Positions 39,756-49,706 of a stretch of DNA of 64,000 bases are shown piece by piece. The notes under the pieces are model-generated. The model worked only from the letters and a program-made list of their open reading frames with translations, did not search any database and had not been told where the DNA came from. Origin of the DNA: Dehalococcoidia bacterium (GTDB lineage: Bacteria > Chloroflexota > Dehalococcoidia > UBA2979); contig CBDAOL010000011.1 of NCBI GenBank assembly GCA_965198045.1, forward strand, positions 130,704-194,703, given 5' to 3'. The translations under genes were made by a program, and so were the position numbers. Position 1 is the stretch's first letter, and each line of letters starts with the position of its first letter.

Positions 39756-40459
39756 CTCTCCTCGGCTCGTCTCGCGACGACGGCGTACCACGGGCGGTCG
39801 CTCGCCGGGACGTCCGAGACGGCGTGAACCGCGGTCAGTTCCTCGATCGTTACATCGTCGAATCCAGCGGCGCGGAACATCTCGGCGATGGGTGCCGTAT
39901 CGCTGAGGGTCATCGCTGGGAGCTGGGCGCGCGTCTCGGGGCCGTAGGCCTCCTCGAACGGTCCCGGTTGAACCTCGGCGCCTTCCGAGAACCAGAACGT
40001 ATCGATGGCCACTACGCGGCCGCCGGGCCGGAGCAGGCCGCGCCAGTGCCGGAAGGCGTCGACCGGCGATCGCAGCGTCCACAGCAGGTGGCGGCATGTG
40101 ATCGCATCGAACGCAGCAAACTCGAAGCCCGGCGCAACTGCGTCGCGTTGCTCGAAGCGGATGTCGAGGTCGTGCTGCTGAGCGACATGCCGCGCCTGGG
40201 CGAGCATCTGCAGCGAGAGATCAGTCCCGGTCACGCGATGCCCCAATCCGGCGGCCACACGTGCGAGGTACCCCGTGCCCGTGCCGAGGTCGAGCACGTC
40301 GGCGGGTGGCGGCGGCAGCAGGGACGCGACTGCGTCGACCCAGGCGCGAGCCTCGGCGCTATCGGCCGGCGGGACGTTGCCGGGTCGCGCCTCGTAGTCG
40401 GGCGCGGTCATGCTCCAGAAGGCGGTGATGCGTTCCTGCGCGCCATCCTCGAGTGTCAT
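39752..40459 (-). CDS. Class I SAM-dependent methyltransferase
   Basis: VLDLGTGTGYLA (motif I), LRPGGRVV (motif II); start at MTLEDG inside ORF 39752..40681. Confidence 0.85.
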   Translation of the reverse strand: MTLEDGAQERITAFWSMTAPDYEARPGNVPPADSAEARAWVDAVASLLPPPPADVLDLGTGTGYLARVAAGLGHRVTGTDLSLQMLAQARHVAQQHDLDIRFEQRDAVAPGFEFAAFDAITCRHLLWTLRSPVDAFRHWRGLLRPGGRVVAIDTFWFSEGAEVQPGPFEEAYGPETRAQLPAMTLSDTAPIAEMFRAAGFDDVTIEELTAVHAVSDVPASDRPWYAVVARRAEES

Positions 40460-40473
40460 GGTCGCGTCAGCCG

Positions 40474-41286
40474 CTACCGTCCCTCGAACTGGGCGGCGCG
40501 TTTCTCGAGGAAGGCCTGGCGGCCCTCGGTTACGTCGAAGCTGCGCGAGGCCTGGTTCTGGCCGGCCCACTCGAACTCGATTTGGCCGACGATGTCGGTG
40601 TACCAGCTGTGCTGCACATCTCGCTTGCTCCACATGTAGGACAGCGGCGGACCGCCGGCGAGCTGCCTGGCGACCTCCCACGCCTTGGCGTCCGGGTCGT
40701 CGTGCAGCGAGTTGGCGAGGCCGAGTGTGACCGTCTCCTCCGCGCCGATCTCCTCGCTGGTGTAGAGCAGCCCCAGCGCCTTGGCGCCGCCCACCAACCG
40801 AGGCAGGAAGTACGTCAGCCCGCAGTCGGGCGCCAGCGCGCGGCGGGAGAACACCGTCAGGAAGCGGGCGTTCGGCCCGATGTAGCGGATGTCGAACGAG
40901 GTGGCGAGGCCGAGACCGCCGCCGGCCGCCACGCCGTTGATCGAAGCGATGGTCGGCTTGTCGATGAGGGGCATCGCCGCGCCGACGGCCGACACGCCCA
41001 TAGAGTCGCTCGCCGCCTCGGCCGGTGCGACCTCGGGGTTGGGGTAGGCGTCGTCGCCGGAGGAGAGGTCGGCGCCGGAGGAGAAGCCGCGGCCCTCGTG
41101 CGTCGCGAGCACGACTCTGACGTCCGGGTCACGCTGGAAGCGGCGGCCGAGCTCGATGATCTCCCAGAACGTCTGCGTGCGCATCGCGTTCAGCTTCTCG
41201 GGCCGGTTGATCTGCCAGTGCCCGATGCCGTCTTCGACGTCCACGATCAGGTCCTCGAAGTCCCCGTAGTGCATCGCGCATCCCAA
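40474..41286 (-). CDS. Enoyl-CoA hydratase/isomerase (crotonase family)
   Basis: 270 aa; …ATHEGRGFSSGADL… oxyanion-hole motif. Confidence 0.85.
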   Translation of the reverse strand: MGCAMHYGDFEDLIVDVEDGIGHWQINRPEKLNAMRTQTFWEIIELGRRFQRDPDVRVVLATHEGRGFSSGADLSSGDDAYPNPEVAPAEAASDSMGVSAVGAAMPLIDKPTIASINGVAAGGGLGLATSFDIRYIGPNARFLTVFSRRALAPDCGLTYFLPRLVGGAKALGLLYTSEEIGAEETVTLGLANSLHDDPDAKAWEVARQLAGGPPLSYMWSKRDVQHSWYTDIVGQIEFEWAGQNQASRSFDVTEGRQAFLEKRAAQFEGR

Positions 41287-41332
41287 TCTGCCCTCGGCGG
41301 GCGACTCGAGCCGATGGTAGCGCAGGCCGCGG

Positions 41333-42292
41333 CTACGACCGCACGAGGACGATCAGGAGGAAGGTGAGGTAGCAGGCGAGTAGGAACCCGCCCTCGAAGC
41401 GCGTGATGCGGCGCTGGCTGAACGCGATCGGCACCAGCAGCGCCGTGCTCAGGGCGAGCGCCAGCATCTCGAAGCTATAGAGGTCCTGTGTGAACTCGAG
41501 GGGCACGATCAGCGAAGCGACGGCGATCACGCCGAGCAGGTTGAAGATGTTCGAGCCGATCACGTTGGCGATCACGATCTCCGGCTCACGCCGCAGCGCC
41601 GCGATCACGCTGGTCGACACCTCTGGCAGGCTCGTGCCGACCGCGATGATCGATACGCCGATCGCCGCCTCCGACATCCCGAAGCGCTCGCCGAGGTCGG
41701 TCGCACCCACGACTGTCACGTTCGCGCCGATCGCGAGCGCGATCACCCCGGCCACGATCAGCGCGATCTGGATCACCAGGGCGCGCGTGTCGCGCTCGAC
41801 GTTGGGCGCGCGCTGTTCCGCCTCCGCCTCGGCGGCGGCCGCCGCCTCGGGGAACACGCGCGGAGACATGCCGACGAAGCCGAGCAGGGCGAGGAACATG
41901 ACGAACCCCTCCCAGCGCTCGAACGAGCCGTCCGCACCAAACGCGAGGACGGCCACCGTGGCGATCACCAGCACCGGGATCTCCCAGCGCAGCAGCCGCA
42001 GGTTGACGTTCATCGGGTATAGCAGGGCCGCCACCCCGAGCACGAGGGCGACGTTCGCCACGTTCGAACCGATGATGTTGCCGATCGCCACGCCCGAGGC
42101 GTCTCGCGATCCAGCGACCACGCTGACGACGAACTCGGGCGCCGAGGTGCCGAACGCGACGACGGTAGCGCCGACGACGATGCGGCTCATGCCGACCATC
42201 AGGGCCAGCGCGACCGCCGACCGCACCACGAGCCAGGCGGCGCTGAGCAGCAGGATCAGCCCCACCGCCACGAGCACCAGTTCCATGAGCAT
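41333..42292 (-). CDS. Ca2+/Na+ antiporter (CaCA family, YrbG-like)
   Basis: Two alpha-repeats GTSAPEF and GTSLPEV; 10 TM helices. Confidence 0.9.
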   Translation of the reverse strand: MLMELVLVAVGLILLLSAAWLVVRSAVALALMVGMSRIVVGATVVAFGTSAPEFVVSVVAGSRDASGVAIGNIIGSNVANVALVLGVAALLYPMNVNLRLLRWEIPVLVIATVAVLAFGADGSFERWEGFVMFLALLGFVGMSPRVFPEAAAAAEAEAEQRAPNVERDTRALVIQIALIVAGVIALAIGANVTVVGATDLGERFGMSEAAIGVSIIAVGTSLPEVSTSVIAALRREPEIVIANVIGSNIFNLLGVIAVASLIVPLEFTQDLYSFEMLALALSTALLVPIAFSQRRITRFEGGFLLACYLTFLLIVLVRS

Positions 42293-42393
42293 GCAGCGAG
42301 GATGCGAGCCCGCCGAGACTTCGTCCAGCCAGCGCGCGGGTCAGAGCGCCAGCGGCGCTATCATCCTCGACGCCGCGAGCGACAGCGGAGGGG

Positions 42394-42864
42394 GTGGCGA
42401 TGGTCAACCAGCGCGAGCGCATTCAGCTCACCACCGAGGAGCAACGGGAGTTGATCGACGGCAGCCGCGTGATGCAGGTGGCCTCGATCAACCCCGACGG
42501 TCGCCCGCACCTCGTGCCGATGTGGTTCGCGTTCGACGACGAGGGCGCGATCGTGTTCACCACCTACGGGCGGTCGCAGAAAATCCAGAACCTCGAGCGT
42601 GACCCACGTGTCACCCTCCTGTTCGAGACGGGCGACGCCTACAACCAGGTGCGTGGCCTCTCGATCGACGCCAGCGCCGAGGTCATTCGCGACCCCAGCG
42701 TCACCGCGGCCACGCTCGCCTTCGTCGGCGCCAGGCAGGCCGGACGGCCACGCCCGACAGCTCCGCCCGAAGGCGATCCGCCGCCGGTGGCGTACAAGCG
42801 CGTCACCGTCCGCATCCCCCTCGAGGGCCAGCGCGTGCGGTCCTGGGACCACCGCAAGCTCTAG
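42394..42864 (+). CDS. Pyridoxamine 5'-phosphate oxidase-family protein (probable F420-dependent PPOX class)
   Basis: 156 aa; MQVASINPDGRPHLVPMWFAFDDEG…LLFETGD split-barrel pattern. Confidence 0.75.
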   Translation: MAMVNQRERIQLTTEEQRELIDGSRVMQVASINPDGRPHLVPMWFAFDDEGAIVFTTYGRSQKIQNLERDPRVTLLFETGDAYNQVRGLSIDASAEVIRDPSVTAATLAFVGARQAGRPRPTAPPEGDPPPVAYKRVTVRIPLEGQRVRSWDHRKL

Positions 42865-42883
42865 CCATGCGCCGCGTACGACG

Positions 42884-43201
42884 ATGCTGACCACCTCGAG
42901 GGCCCGCGTGAGCGAGCCCGCAACGAAGACCCCGGCTGAGGAGCGGACGCGCTCGCTCGACGAGACGCTGCCTCCGCACACCGTCGTACTCCACAACGAT
43001 GAGGTGAACGAGATGGCGTTCGTCGCGAGCGCGCTGATGCGGAGCGTCCCCGAACTGTCCGCCGAGCGCGCCGTCGAGGTGATGCTGGCCGCGCACGAGC
43101 ACGGGCAGGCCGACGTGGTCAGTTGCCCCCTCGAACGGGCGGAGCTGTATCGAGATCGTCTGGAGTCGCGTGGATTGACCGCTACGATTTCCCGCGGATA
43201 A
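42884..43201 (+). CDS. clpS: ClpS-like adaptor (second paralogue)
   Basis: VVLHNDEVNEMAFVASALMRSVPELSAERAVEVMLAAHEHGQADV matches the ClpS core; internal ATG of ORF 42599..43201. Confidence 0.7.
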   Translation: MLTTSRARVSEPATKTPAEERTRSLDETLPPHTVVLHNDEVNEMAFVASALMRSVPELSAERAVEVMLAAHEHGQADVVSCPLERAELYRDRLESRGLTATISRG

Positions 43202-43258
43202 CGGAGAATACGGGACTTCCCTCACGTAGACGCGGGCGGACTCGCCGAACATCCATGC

Positions 43259-43504
43259 ATGGGAAGAACATCGCGCTCGCTGCCTGACATCCTCGACCGC
43301 CTGCCATGGTTCGACGACCTGACGGAGGACCATCAGGTCGAGCTGATGAACGTCACCGCCGACCACATCGCGATCGGCTCGCCGCTGAGCGAGTTCGTCG
43401 ATGTGCTGCTGCACTGGTCAGAGGTCGCGCACGGCGATGCCAAGTGGTCGCGGCTCGACGTGCTGCGCGAGACCGGGATTCTCTCCTCAGACGCCCAGTT
43501 CTAG
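43259..43504 (+). CDS. Hypothetical protein (81 aa)
   Basis: ORF only; no family recognised. Confidence 0.35.
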   Translation: MGRTSRSLPDILDRLPWFDDLTEDHQVELMNVTADHIAIGSPLSEFVDVLLHWSEVAHGDAKWSRLDVLRETGILSSDAQF

Positions 43505-43525
43505 ACTGACGGCACGCCGCGGGCG

Positions 43526-45079
43526 CTACCGCGGAGCGCGCTCTTCGGAACGCTTCTCGTCGCGTTCCGGGCCCGACGCACCGGTGCCGTTGCCCATGTA
43601 GTCGCGTCCGGGTCGCCTCGGTCGCGGCACGGCGACTGCTACACCGTCTCCGCCAGGGTCGCCGTTCGATGCTCGCTCGTCGGCAGTCGCCGGCCCGCGC
43701 GACGCGTCGTTCGTCGACCCTGCGAACGTCCTCGACGGTGGCGCGTTCGGCTCGGGTGCGGCGCGCACCGGGGCCGGCGACGCCCCGCTGCGCTTCGAGG
43801 GCTGTTGCACCATCAGCACCAGCACGGCTGCGATGGCCCAGCAGGCGCCGACGGCGAAGAACGCGCCGTAGTAGTTGTTGACGATGTCGAAGTACGCGGA
43901 GATCGCCAGCGGCCCACCCGCGCCCAGGAAGAGCGAGAACGGCATCGCCACGCTTCGCACCGCGCCCAGGTGGCGGCGGCCGAAGTAGCTGCCCCAGATC
44001 GTCTCCTGCAACGGGATCTGCCCGCCGAACCCGAAGCCGATCGCCAGGAACCCCACGGTCAACATCGGAATCGAACCGGCCTGGGCGGCGATCACGACGA
44101 TCACCATGCCGATGCCCGACCCGATGAAGCCGATCGAGGCCAGCACCTTTGGCTCGAAGTAGTCAATCGTCCAGCCCCAGACCGGCTTCGAGACGAGCGC
44201 TGCGATGGAGATGGTCGAAGACATCACCGCAGCGGTGCTGCGCGTGAAGCCCTCGTCGGTGAGGAATGGGATCGTGTGCAGCAGGATCGCGCTGATGCCC
44301 ACACCCCCGAAGCCGAAGGCGATCACGATCAGGTAGAGGCTGGAGGTGAGGAGCGCCTCGCCTCGGGTCAGCGAGTTGTCGTAGTCGGCACGCACCGTCG
44401 CCCCGGCCTCGCTCGCCATCTCCTCGTCGGAGCGGTTGTCCGGGTTGAGCCCCACGTCCTCGGGCTGCCGCCGCATCACCATCGCGGCCGGGTAGACGCC
44501 GGCCCAGCAGACCACGGCGAGGACCCGCCAGGCGGCACGCCAGCCCCACTCGTCGATGAACCACGTCATGACCGGCGGGAAGACGACGCCGGCCAGCGAA
44601 ACGCCGACCGCGGCGAAGGCGATGGCCCGCCCTCGCTTCTCGACGAACCACTTCGACAGCGTGACGTTGACAACGAGACTGCCGACGAGCGCCGCGCCGA
44701 GCGTGAAGGCGATGCCACGGAGGACGATCCACTGCCAGATCTGGGTGATCTCCGCGGTGGCGAACAGCGCCGCGCCGAGCACCGTGACGCCGATGATCAT
44801 CATCACGCGACCGCCGTAGCGATCGATGTAGACGCCGATGAAGAAGCCGACGAACACCATCAAGAAGCGACCGACGGTCTGGGCCAGCGCGAACTCGCTG
44901 CGGGTCCAGCCGAGGTCCTCCGTCATCGGCTTCAGGAACGCGCCCGAGACCGACATCTGTGAGCCGACGGCGATGAACTGCGCCACCATCGCGGCGCCGA
45001 TGATCCAGTAGCCGTAGTAGAGGAGCGGGCGTCGCGACGCGCGGTCCGTGGCGGTCGCCGCTGCCGGATCGATGGCCAT
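43526..45079 (-). CDS. MFS transporter with a disordered about 90-aa C-terminal tail
   Basis: 517 aa; 12 TM helices, then a P/A/R/G-rich tail. Confidence 0.8.
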   Translation of the reverse strand: MAIDPAAATATDRASRRPLLYYGYWIIGAAMVAQFIAVGSQMSVSGAFLKPMTEDLGWTRSEFALAQTVGRFLMVFVGFFIGVYIDRYGGRVMMIIGVTVLGAALFATAEITQIWQWIVLRGIAFTLGAALVGSLVVNVTLSKWFVEKRGRAIAFAAVGVSLAGVVFPPVMTWFIDEWGWRAAWRVLAVVCWAGVYPAAMVMRRQPEDVGLNPDNRSDEEMASEAGATVRADYDNSLTRGEALLTSSLYLIVIAFGFGGVGISAILLHTIPFLTDEGFTRSTAAVMSSTISIAALVSKPVWGWTIDYFEPKVLASIGFIGSGIGMVIVVIAAQAGSIPMLTVGFLAIGFGFGGQIPLQETIWGSYFGRRHLGAVRSVAMPFSLFLGAGGPLAISAYFDIVNNYYGAFFAVGACWAIAAVLVLMVQQPSKRSGASPAPVRAAPEPNAPPSRTFAGSTNDASRGPATADERASNGDPGGDGVAVAVPRPRRPGRDYMGNGTGASGPERDEKRSEERAPR

Positions 45080-45160
45080 CGAGGTATCCCCGGCTGCTGT
45101 GCCGCTCCCTGACGCGAGGATACGCGCACCCTGACGTGCTCGTGAGGTTGCCTGCCCTCG

Positions 45161-45703
45161 TCAGCTCCGCGGGCGCAGCGGCCGCATCGCGAGCGCCTGG
45201 CGCCGCTCGTTGGCCGCTCGCAGCAACTCGTCGTCGCTCGTGATGAACCGCGACAGCGTCGCGGTCGAGATGTCGAGGTGCGGGGCAGCGTCGCTGAGAC
45301 GCCACGCGCACGCCTCGACGAGGTCGAGCACGCAGGCGACGGTGGCGGGCCAGCGCGCGTCGCGCCGGCCCATCTCGATCCCGCGAGGGCGCAGCGCAGC
45401 GTCGAGGGGCGGAGGCGGCGTGTATCGCTCGAGGTTCACGGGCTCGCGCACGCCCAGCGCGATCCCGACGCGGAGGCGGCGCAGCGCACGGGCGCGGTTC
45501 TGGTGCTGCGAACGCGCCTCGAACGCCTGCGCGACCATGCCGGTCGGCGTGTGGCGTAGGCGCACCGCGGAGTCGGTGACGTTGCGATGCTGCCCGCCGG
45601 GCCCGCTGACGCGAAACCGATCGACCGCGCACTGCGCGAGCAGCGCACGGTCGTCGAGGTCGAGGTACGTGCGCCAGCCGGACGCCGCCGTGTCGTTCGC
45701 CAT
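45161..45703 (-). CDS. arfB: Peptidyl-tRNA hydrolase ArfB (GGQ-motif ribosome rescue factor)
   Basis: MANDTAAS…[22 protein letters not shown] plus a basic C-terminal tail; in-frame segment of ORF 45161..46660. Confidence 0.75.
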   Translation of the reverse strand: MANDTAASGWRTYLDLDDRALLAQCAVDRFRVSGPGGQHRNVTDSAVRLRHTPTGMVAQAFEARSQHQNRARALRRLRVGIALGVREPVNLERYTPPPPLDAALRPRGIEMGRRDARWPATVACVLDLVEACAWRLSDAAPHLDISTATLSRFITSDDELLRAANERRQALAMRPLRPRS

Positions 45704-45826
45704 CGCCTCGACGGTAGCGGACGGGCAGGCGGCGGTCGTGCGGGCTTGCGCCGTGAGGGTCAGCGACGGATCCTGATCGCCCGCCTCGGCGTTCGGCCGG
45801 ATGGGCGACGGCAGCAGGAGCGGACC

Positions 45827-46885
45827 ATGCCTCGCGCGCAGATCATCGGTGGCACCGGCTACGGCGGCCTCGGCATCGTCGAGCTGATGCTCGGCCACCC
45901 CGACTTCGAGATTGCATCGATCGTGGCACGTGAGGCCGCCGGGCGGCGCATGGACGAGGTCTATCCGCACCTCAGCGGCCGCTGCGAGCTGGAGGTGCAG
46001 GACGCGGCCACGGCCGCGGTCGGCGACGACTGCGATGTCGTCGTCTTCGCCACGCCGGATGGCGTCTCGCAGCAGTACGCGGAGGCGTTGCACAGCGGCG
46101 GGCGGCGCTTCATCGACTACAGCGGCGACTTCCGCTTCGCCTCGTCCGAGGAGTACGCGCGATACGCGCAGCGCCACCCCTCGATCAGTGGCGACGGCCA
46201 CGCCGCGGTCGGGTTGCTGGGCGAGGCGGCGTACGGCGTCTCCGAGCTGAACGGCCCGGCGGTGGCCGAGGCCTCCATCGTCGGCAACCCCGGCTGTTAC
46301 GCCGTCGGCATCATCCTCGGCCTCGCACCGCTCTACGCGGACGGGCTGATCGAGGGCGGCACGGTCCACGTCGACGGGCTCACCGGCTCCTCCGGCGCCG
46401 GCAAGAAGCCGGCCGCCGCGCAGCACTTCTCGCACCTCAACGACAACGTCGTGCCCTACCGCGTGCTCTCGCACCAGCACGTCGTCGAGGCGGAGCGCAC
46501 GCTGGGCCAGCTCGGCGAGTCCACCGGCTCCGAGATTGACTTCATCCCACATCTCCTGGGCACGACGCGCGGCATCCTCAACACGATGCATGCGCAGCTT
46601 ACCCGCCCGACCCCACGCGAGGCATTGCTCGAGCGCTACCGCGAGTACTTCGACGGCCACCCGTTCATCCGCATCCTCGACGAGTCGCCGACGCTCAAGG
46701 GGACGCTGGGCTCGAACTACTGCGATGTCTCGCTATTCACGGCCGGGGACGACTCGCGGGTAGTGGTCATGTCTTCGGTGGACAACCTGCTCAAAGGCCA
46801 GAGCGGCATGGCGATGCAGAACCTCAACCTGATGTTCGGCCTCGACCAGACCGCCGGCCTCGAACGCGGGCCGCTCTACCCGTAG
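45827..46885 (+). CDS. argC: N-acetyl-gamma-glutamyl-phosphate reductase ArgC
   Basis: [21 protein letters not shown]…; active-site region VGNPGCYAV; internal ATG of ORF 45587..46885. Confidence 0.85.
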   Translation: MPRAQIIGGTGYGGLGIVELMLGHPDFEIASIVAREAAGRRMDEVYPHLSGRCELEVQDAATAAVGDDCDVVVFATPDGVSQQYAEALHSGGRRFIDYSGDFRFASSEEYARYAQRHPSISGDGHAAVGLLGEAAYGVSELNGPAVAEASIVGNPGCYAVGIILGLAPLYADGLIEGGTVHVDGLTGSSGAGKKPAAAQHFSHLNDNVVPYRVLSHQHVVEAERTLGQLGESTGSEIDFIPHLLGTTRGILNTMHAQLTRPTPREALLERYREYFDGHPFIRILDESPTLKGTLGSNYCDVSLFTAGDDSRVVVMSSVDNLLKGQSGMAMQNLNLMFGLDQTAGLERGPLYP

Positions 46886-46971
46886 GCGGCACGCGCCAGA
46901 CTTCGGCTGCGCATCACGTTTGTTAGCATCCCGGCCCAGCCGAGGGCGCCAAAACGGTGTCCGGCTGAACG

Positions 46972-47301
46972 TTGGGGGTATCGATGTCACTGGCGGTAGT
47001 GACGGCATGGCGGATCAATCCCGGCCGGACGGCCGACTTCATGGAGGCGCTTGCCACCTCAGCCGGCATCGTGCGCCGGCATGGCGGGTCCGTTCGCGTG
47101 TTCCAGGCGACGGCAGCGGGCGAGAATACCGGCACGGTGAACTTCGTGATCGAGAGCGAGGACCGGCACGCGTGGGCGGACGTGTACGACGGACTGATGG
47201 GGGACCCGGAGTGGCAGGCGCTGTTCTCAGACATGAACGCTGCCGACGCGCCCGGTGTCATCTTGAGCCAGTCACTGGCGAACGAGATCACACCTGACTG
47301 A
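46972..47301 (+). CDS. Hypothetical small protein (about 105 aa), possibly a ferredoxin-like alpha+beta fold
   Basis: ORF only; no family recognised. Confidence 0.4.
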   Translation: MGVSMSLAVVTAWRINPGRTADFMEALATSAGIVRRHGGSVRVFQATAAGENTGTVNFVIESEDRHAWADVYDGLMGDPEWQALFSDMNAADAPGVILSQSLANEITPD

Positions 47302-47354
47302 CGATCTCTTGTCGGACGAACTTCGAGGGGAGCCCGCGCGGTTCCTCTCGTGCG

Positions 47355-48806
47355 TTAGACCCGGTCGATCACCGGTTCGTCCGCCGGGCGGCCGCGCCAT
47401 CGAGCGGAGTAGCGGCTCACCAGCAGTGCGAGGATGAGCAGAGCGATCGGTGCGACCGTGATCACGGGCATGACGCCGACAATGCCGGCGATCGCTCCGA
47501 TCGCGAGCAGCGGCGGGATGGCGAGCCCGTCCTTGAACGTGCCGAGCAGCGCGAACACGCGCCCGTGGATCTCGTCGGGCACGTACTTGCCGATGTACGT
47601 CTGCGTGGCCGCAGCCGCGATCGTCATGCCGAAGCCCAGGAACACTGAGATCTGTGCCGCCGTTTCGACGCGTGCGCCCACCCCCGGGATGTCGAGGGTG
47701 AGGCCGGCCGTGCGCTCGGTGACGTGGCCAATCAGCCCGAGCGCCGCCATCGCTGCACCCACGATCATGAACCCGAGGATCGCGGTCAGCCGCTCGCGCA
47801 GGATCTTGATCATCAGCGGGGCGAGCAGCAGTGCCACCAGCAGCCCCAGCGAGGCCGGGGCGAAGACGTAGAAGGCGTTGGCCGGGTCGACGTTGAGCGC
47901 GTCCTGCACGTACACCGGGCCGAGCACGCCGAGGACGACGCCGACCGTGCTCGCCATCGCCGCGAGCAGCAGCATCCAGAACGCCCCGGGCTCGGCGAAC
48001 AGCCAGCCGACCGCCTCGCGCGTGGAGCGCCGGCGAGGGTGCACTTCCGGCGTCTCCTCGGGCGGCAGCTCCCGCCCGAGGCTGTCGAGACGCAGCTCCG
48101 CCTCCTCCTGGGCTCGCTGCGTCGGACGAAAGTCGAACGTGCGCGTCGCTGAGAGCAGGAACAGCACGCCGGCGAAGATGGTGACCGGGTTGACGCCCCA
48201 CGCCCGCACGACCAGCGGCGCCAGCAGCGCCTTGCCCACCACCTCGCCCGCCGAGGAGGCCAGTGACAGGAACGAGTTGGCGGATGCGAGCTCGTCGTCA
48301 CGAGCGACCAGCGGGACCGCCGAGGCCTCGGACGGCTGGGAGATCTGGTGGAGGGCGCGCACGGCGAAGATGACCAGCATCATGGCGCGCAACTCGGTGC
48401 CGATCCAGACCGGAATGGCAAAGCAGATCACGCCCATCGTGATGTAGGCGCCGGCCAGCGCGACGCGTTTCGGCAGAGCGTCCGCCACCGCGCCGCCGAA
48501 CAGCCCCAGCACCACGCCCGGCAGCAGGAACGCGACGCCGATCAGCGCCGCGTCGAAGGAACTGCCACCGCCGCGCGCCGTGGCGATCAGCGTGGCGTAG
48601 AGCAGCGCCTGCAATGCGATGTCGCTGAGGAACCTCGACGCCATCAGAGCCTGGAACGAGATATCGCGCGCGATCGAGGTGGGCGGAACCACGAACCAGA
48701 GGACGCGGAAGACCCGCGCCTGACCGCGGTCGAGAGCGTCGTCGACGGCCTTAAGTGCCCGCCCAGCGGGCTCATCGAACTGCGGTGGCAGCGTCATAGG
48801 TTCCAT
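47355..48806 (-). CDS. MFS transporter
   Basis: 483 aa, 12 TM helices. Confidence 0.8.
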   Translation of the reverse strand: MEPMTLPPQFDEPAGRALKAVDDALDRGQARVFRVLWFVVPPTSIARDISFQALMASRFLSDIALQALLYATLIATARGGGSSFDAALIGVAFLLPGVVLGLFGGAVADALPKRVALAGAYITMGVICFAIPVWIGTELRAMMLVIFAVRALHQISQPSEASAVPLVARDDELASANSFLSLASSAGEVVGKALLAPLVVRAWGVNPVTIFAGVLFLLSATRTFDFRPTQRAQEEAELRLDSLGRELPPEETPEVHPRRRSTREAVGWLFAEPGAFWMLLLAAMASTVGVVLGVLGPVYVQDALNVDPANAFYVFAPASLGLLVALLLAPLMIKILRERLTAILGFMIVGAAMAALGLIGHVTERTAGLTLDIPGVGARVETAAQISVFLGFGMTIAAAATQTYIGKYVPDEIHGRVFALLGTFKDGLAIPPLLAIGAIAGIVGVMPVITVAPIALLILALLVSRYSARWRGRPADEPVIDRV

Positions 48807-49007
48807 CCTATCCGCTTCGCGATCGCCGCCCGGCGGTGGCGCGAGTTTTGACGCGTTCGTTATCTCTCAGCCAAACGAAACCGGCGTCCGGGACGTTCCA
48901 CGAGTGAGACCGGGGGGCGGCTGCTGCCGTTCGCCCGTGCTCACAGCGTCGCCGCTGCCGGCGTCAACGATTCGCCGCTCTCGCCGGCAGCGCCCCCCTC
49001 GGCGCTT

Positions 49008-49706
49008 GTGGCGTTCGAGGGGTACGCCACCACGGACGGACGGCGCACACTGAGCACGCAAGTCATCGCCATCGCGCGGACCAGCGCACCGAACGGAACG
49101 AGAGCCGGATCGTTGGAACAGACGGAAGCCAGTAAGGCGTCGGCAGCCGACCCGGCCGCCGAGGATCGTGCACCGGTCCGTGCCCTCGTCGATCGGGCGA
49201 AGGACGGCGACGCCGCGGCCTTCGGCGAGATCTTCGACCGCTTCCAGCCCGAGATCGTGCGCTACCTGGCGCACCGGACCGGGAACATCGACACGGCGGA
49301 GGACCTGGCGCAACAGGTCTTCCTCAAGGCCTGGCAGGCGATCCCGCGGTTCGAGCACCGCGCGGCGCCGTTCAAGTCCTGGCTCTATCGCATGGCGCAC
49401 AACCAGATGGTCGACCACTTCCGCACCGGCCGCCCAACGACCGACCTCGAAGGCGTCGACGTGCCCGAGGACGCCACGGCCGAGGCCGATCTGCTCGCCG
49501 GCGAGACGAACGAGCGCCTGCGCGCTGCCCTCGAACGGCTCTCCGAGGACCACCGGCAGGTGCTGACGCTGAGGTTCCTGCTGGAGAAGTCGGCGCGTGA
49601 AGTCGGCGAGATCATGGGCCGCAAGGAGGTCACCGTGCGTGGTCTCCAGATGCGAGCGCTGCAGTCGTTACGGCGCGAGATCGATGCGATTGGGGGCCTG
49701 GCATGA
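49008..49706 (+). CDS. ECF (sigma-70 family group 4) RNA polymerase sigma factor
   Basis: Region 2 (…DLAQQVFLKAWQAIPRF…) and region 4 (…VLTLRFLLEKSAREVGEIMG…VTVRGLQMRALQSLR). Confidence 0.85.
   Translation: MAFEGYATTDGRRTLSTQVIAIARTSAPNGTRAGSLEQTEASKASAADPAAEDRAPVRALVDRAKDGDAAAFGEIFDRFQPEIVRYLAHRTGNIDTAEDLAQQVFLKAWQAIPRFEHRAAPFKSWLYRMAHNQMVDHFRTGRPTTDLEGVDVPEDATAEADLLAGETNERLRAALERLSEDHRQVLTLRFLLEKSAREVGEIMGRKEVTVRGLQMRALQSLRREIDAIGGLA

Noticed and set aside
49090-49125. ECF-type autoregulatory promoter GGAAC…CGTT upstream of the sigma factor
   Set aside because: GGAAC and CGTT are present, but only 11 nt apart, where 16-17 nt is needed. This is not a convincing ECF promoter, and the ORF may start upstream of it.
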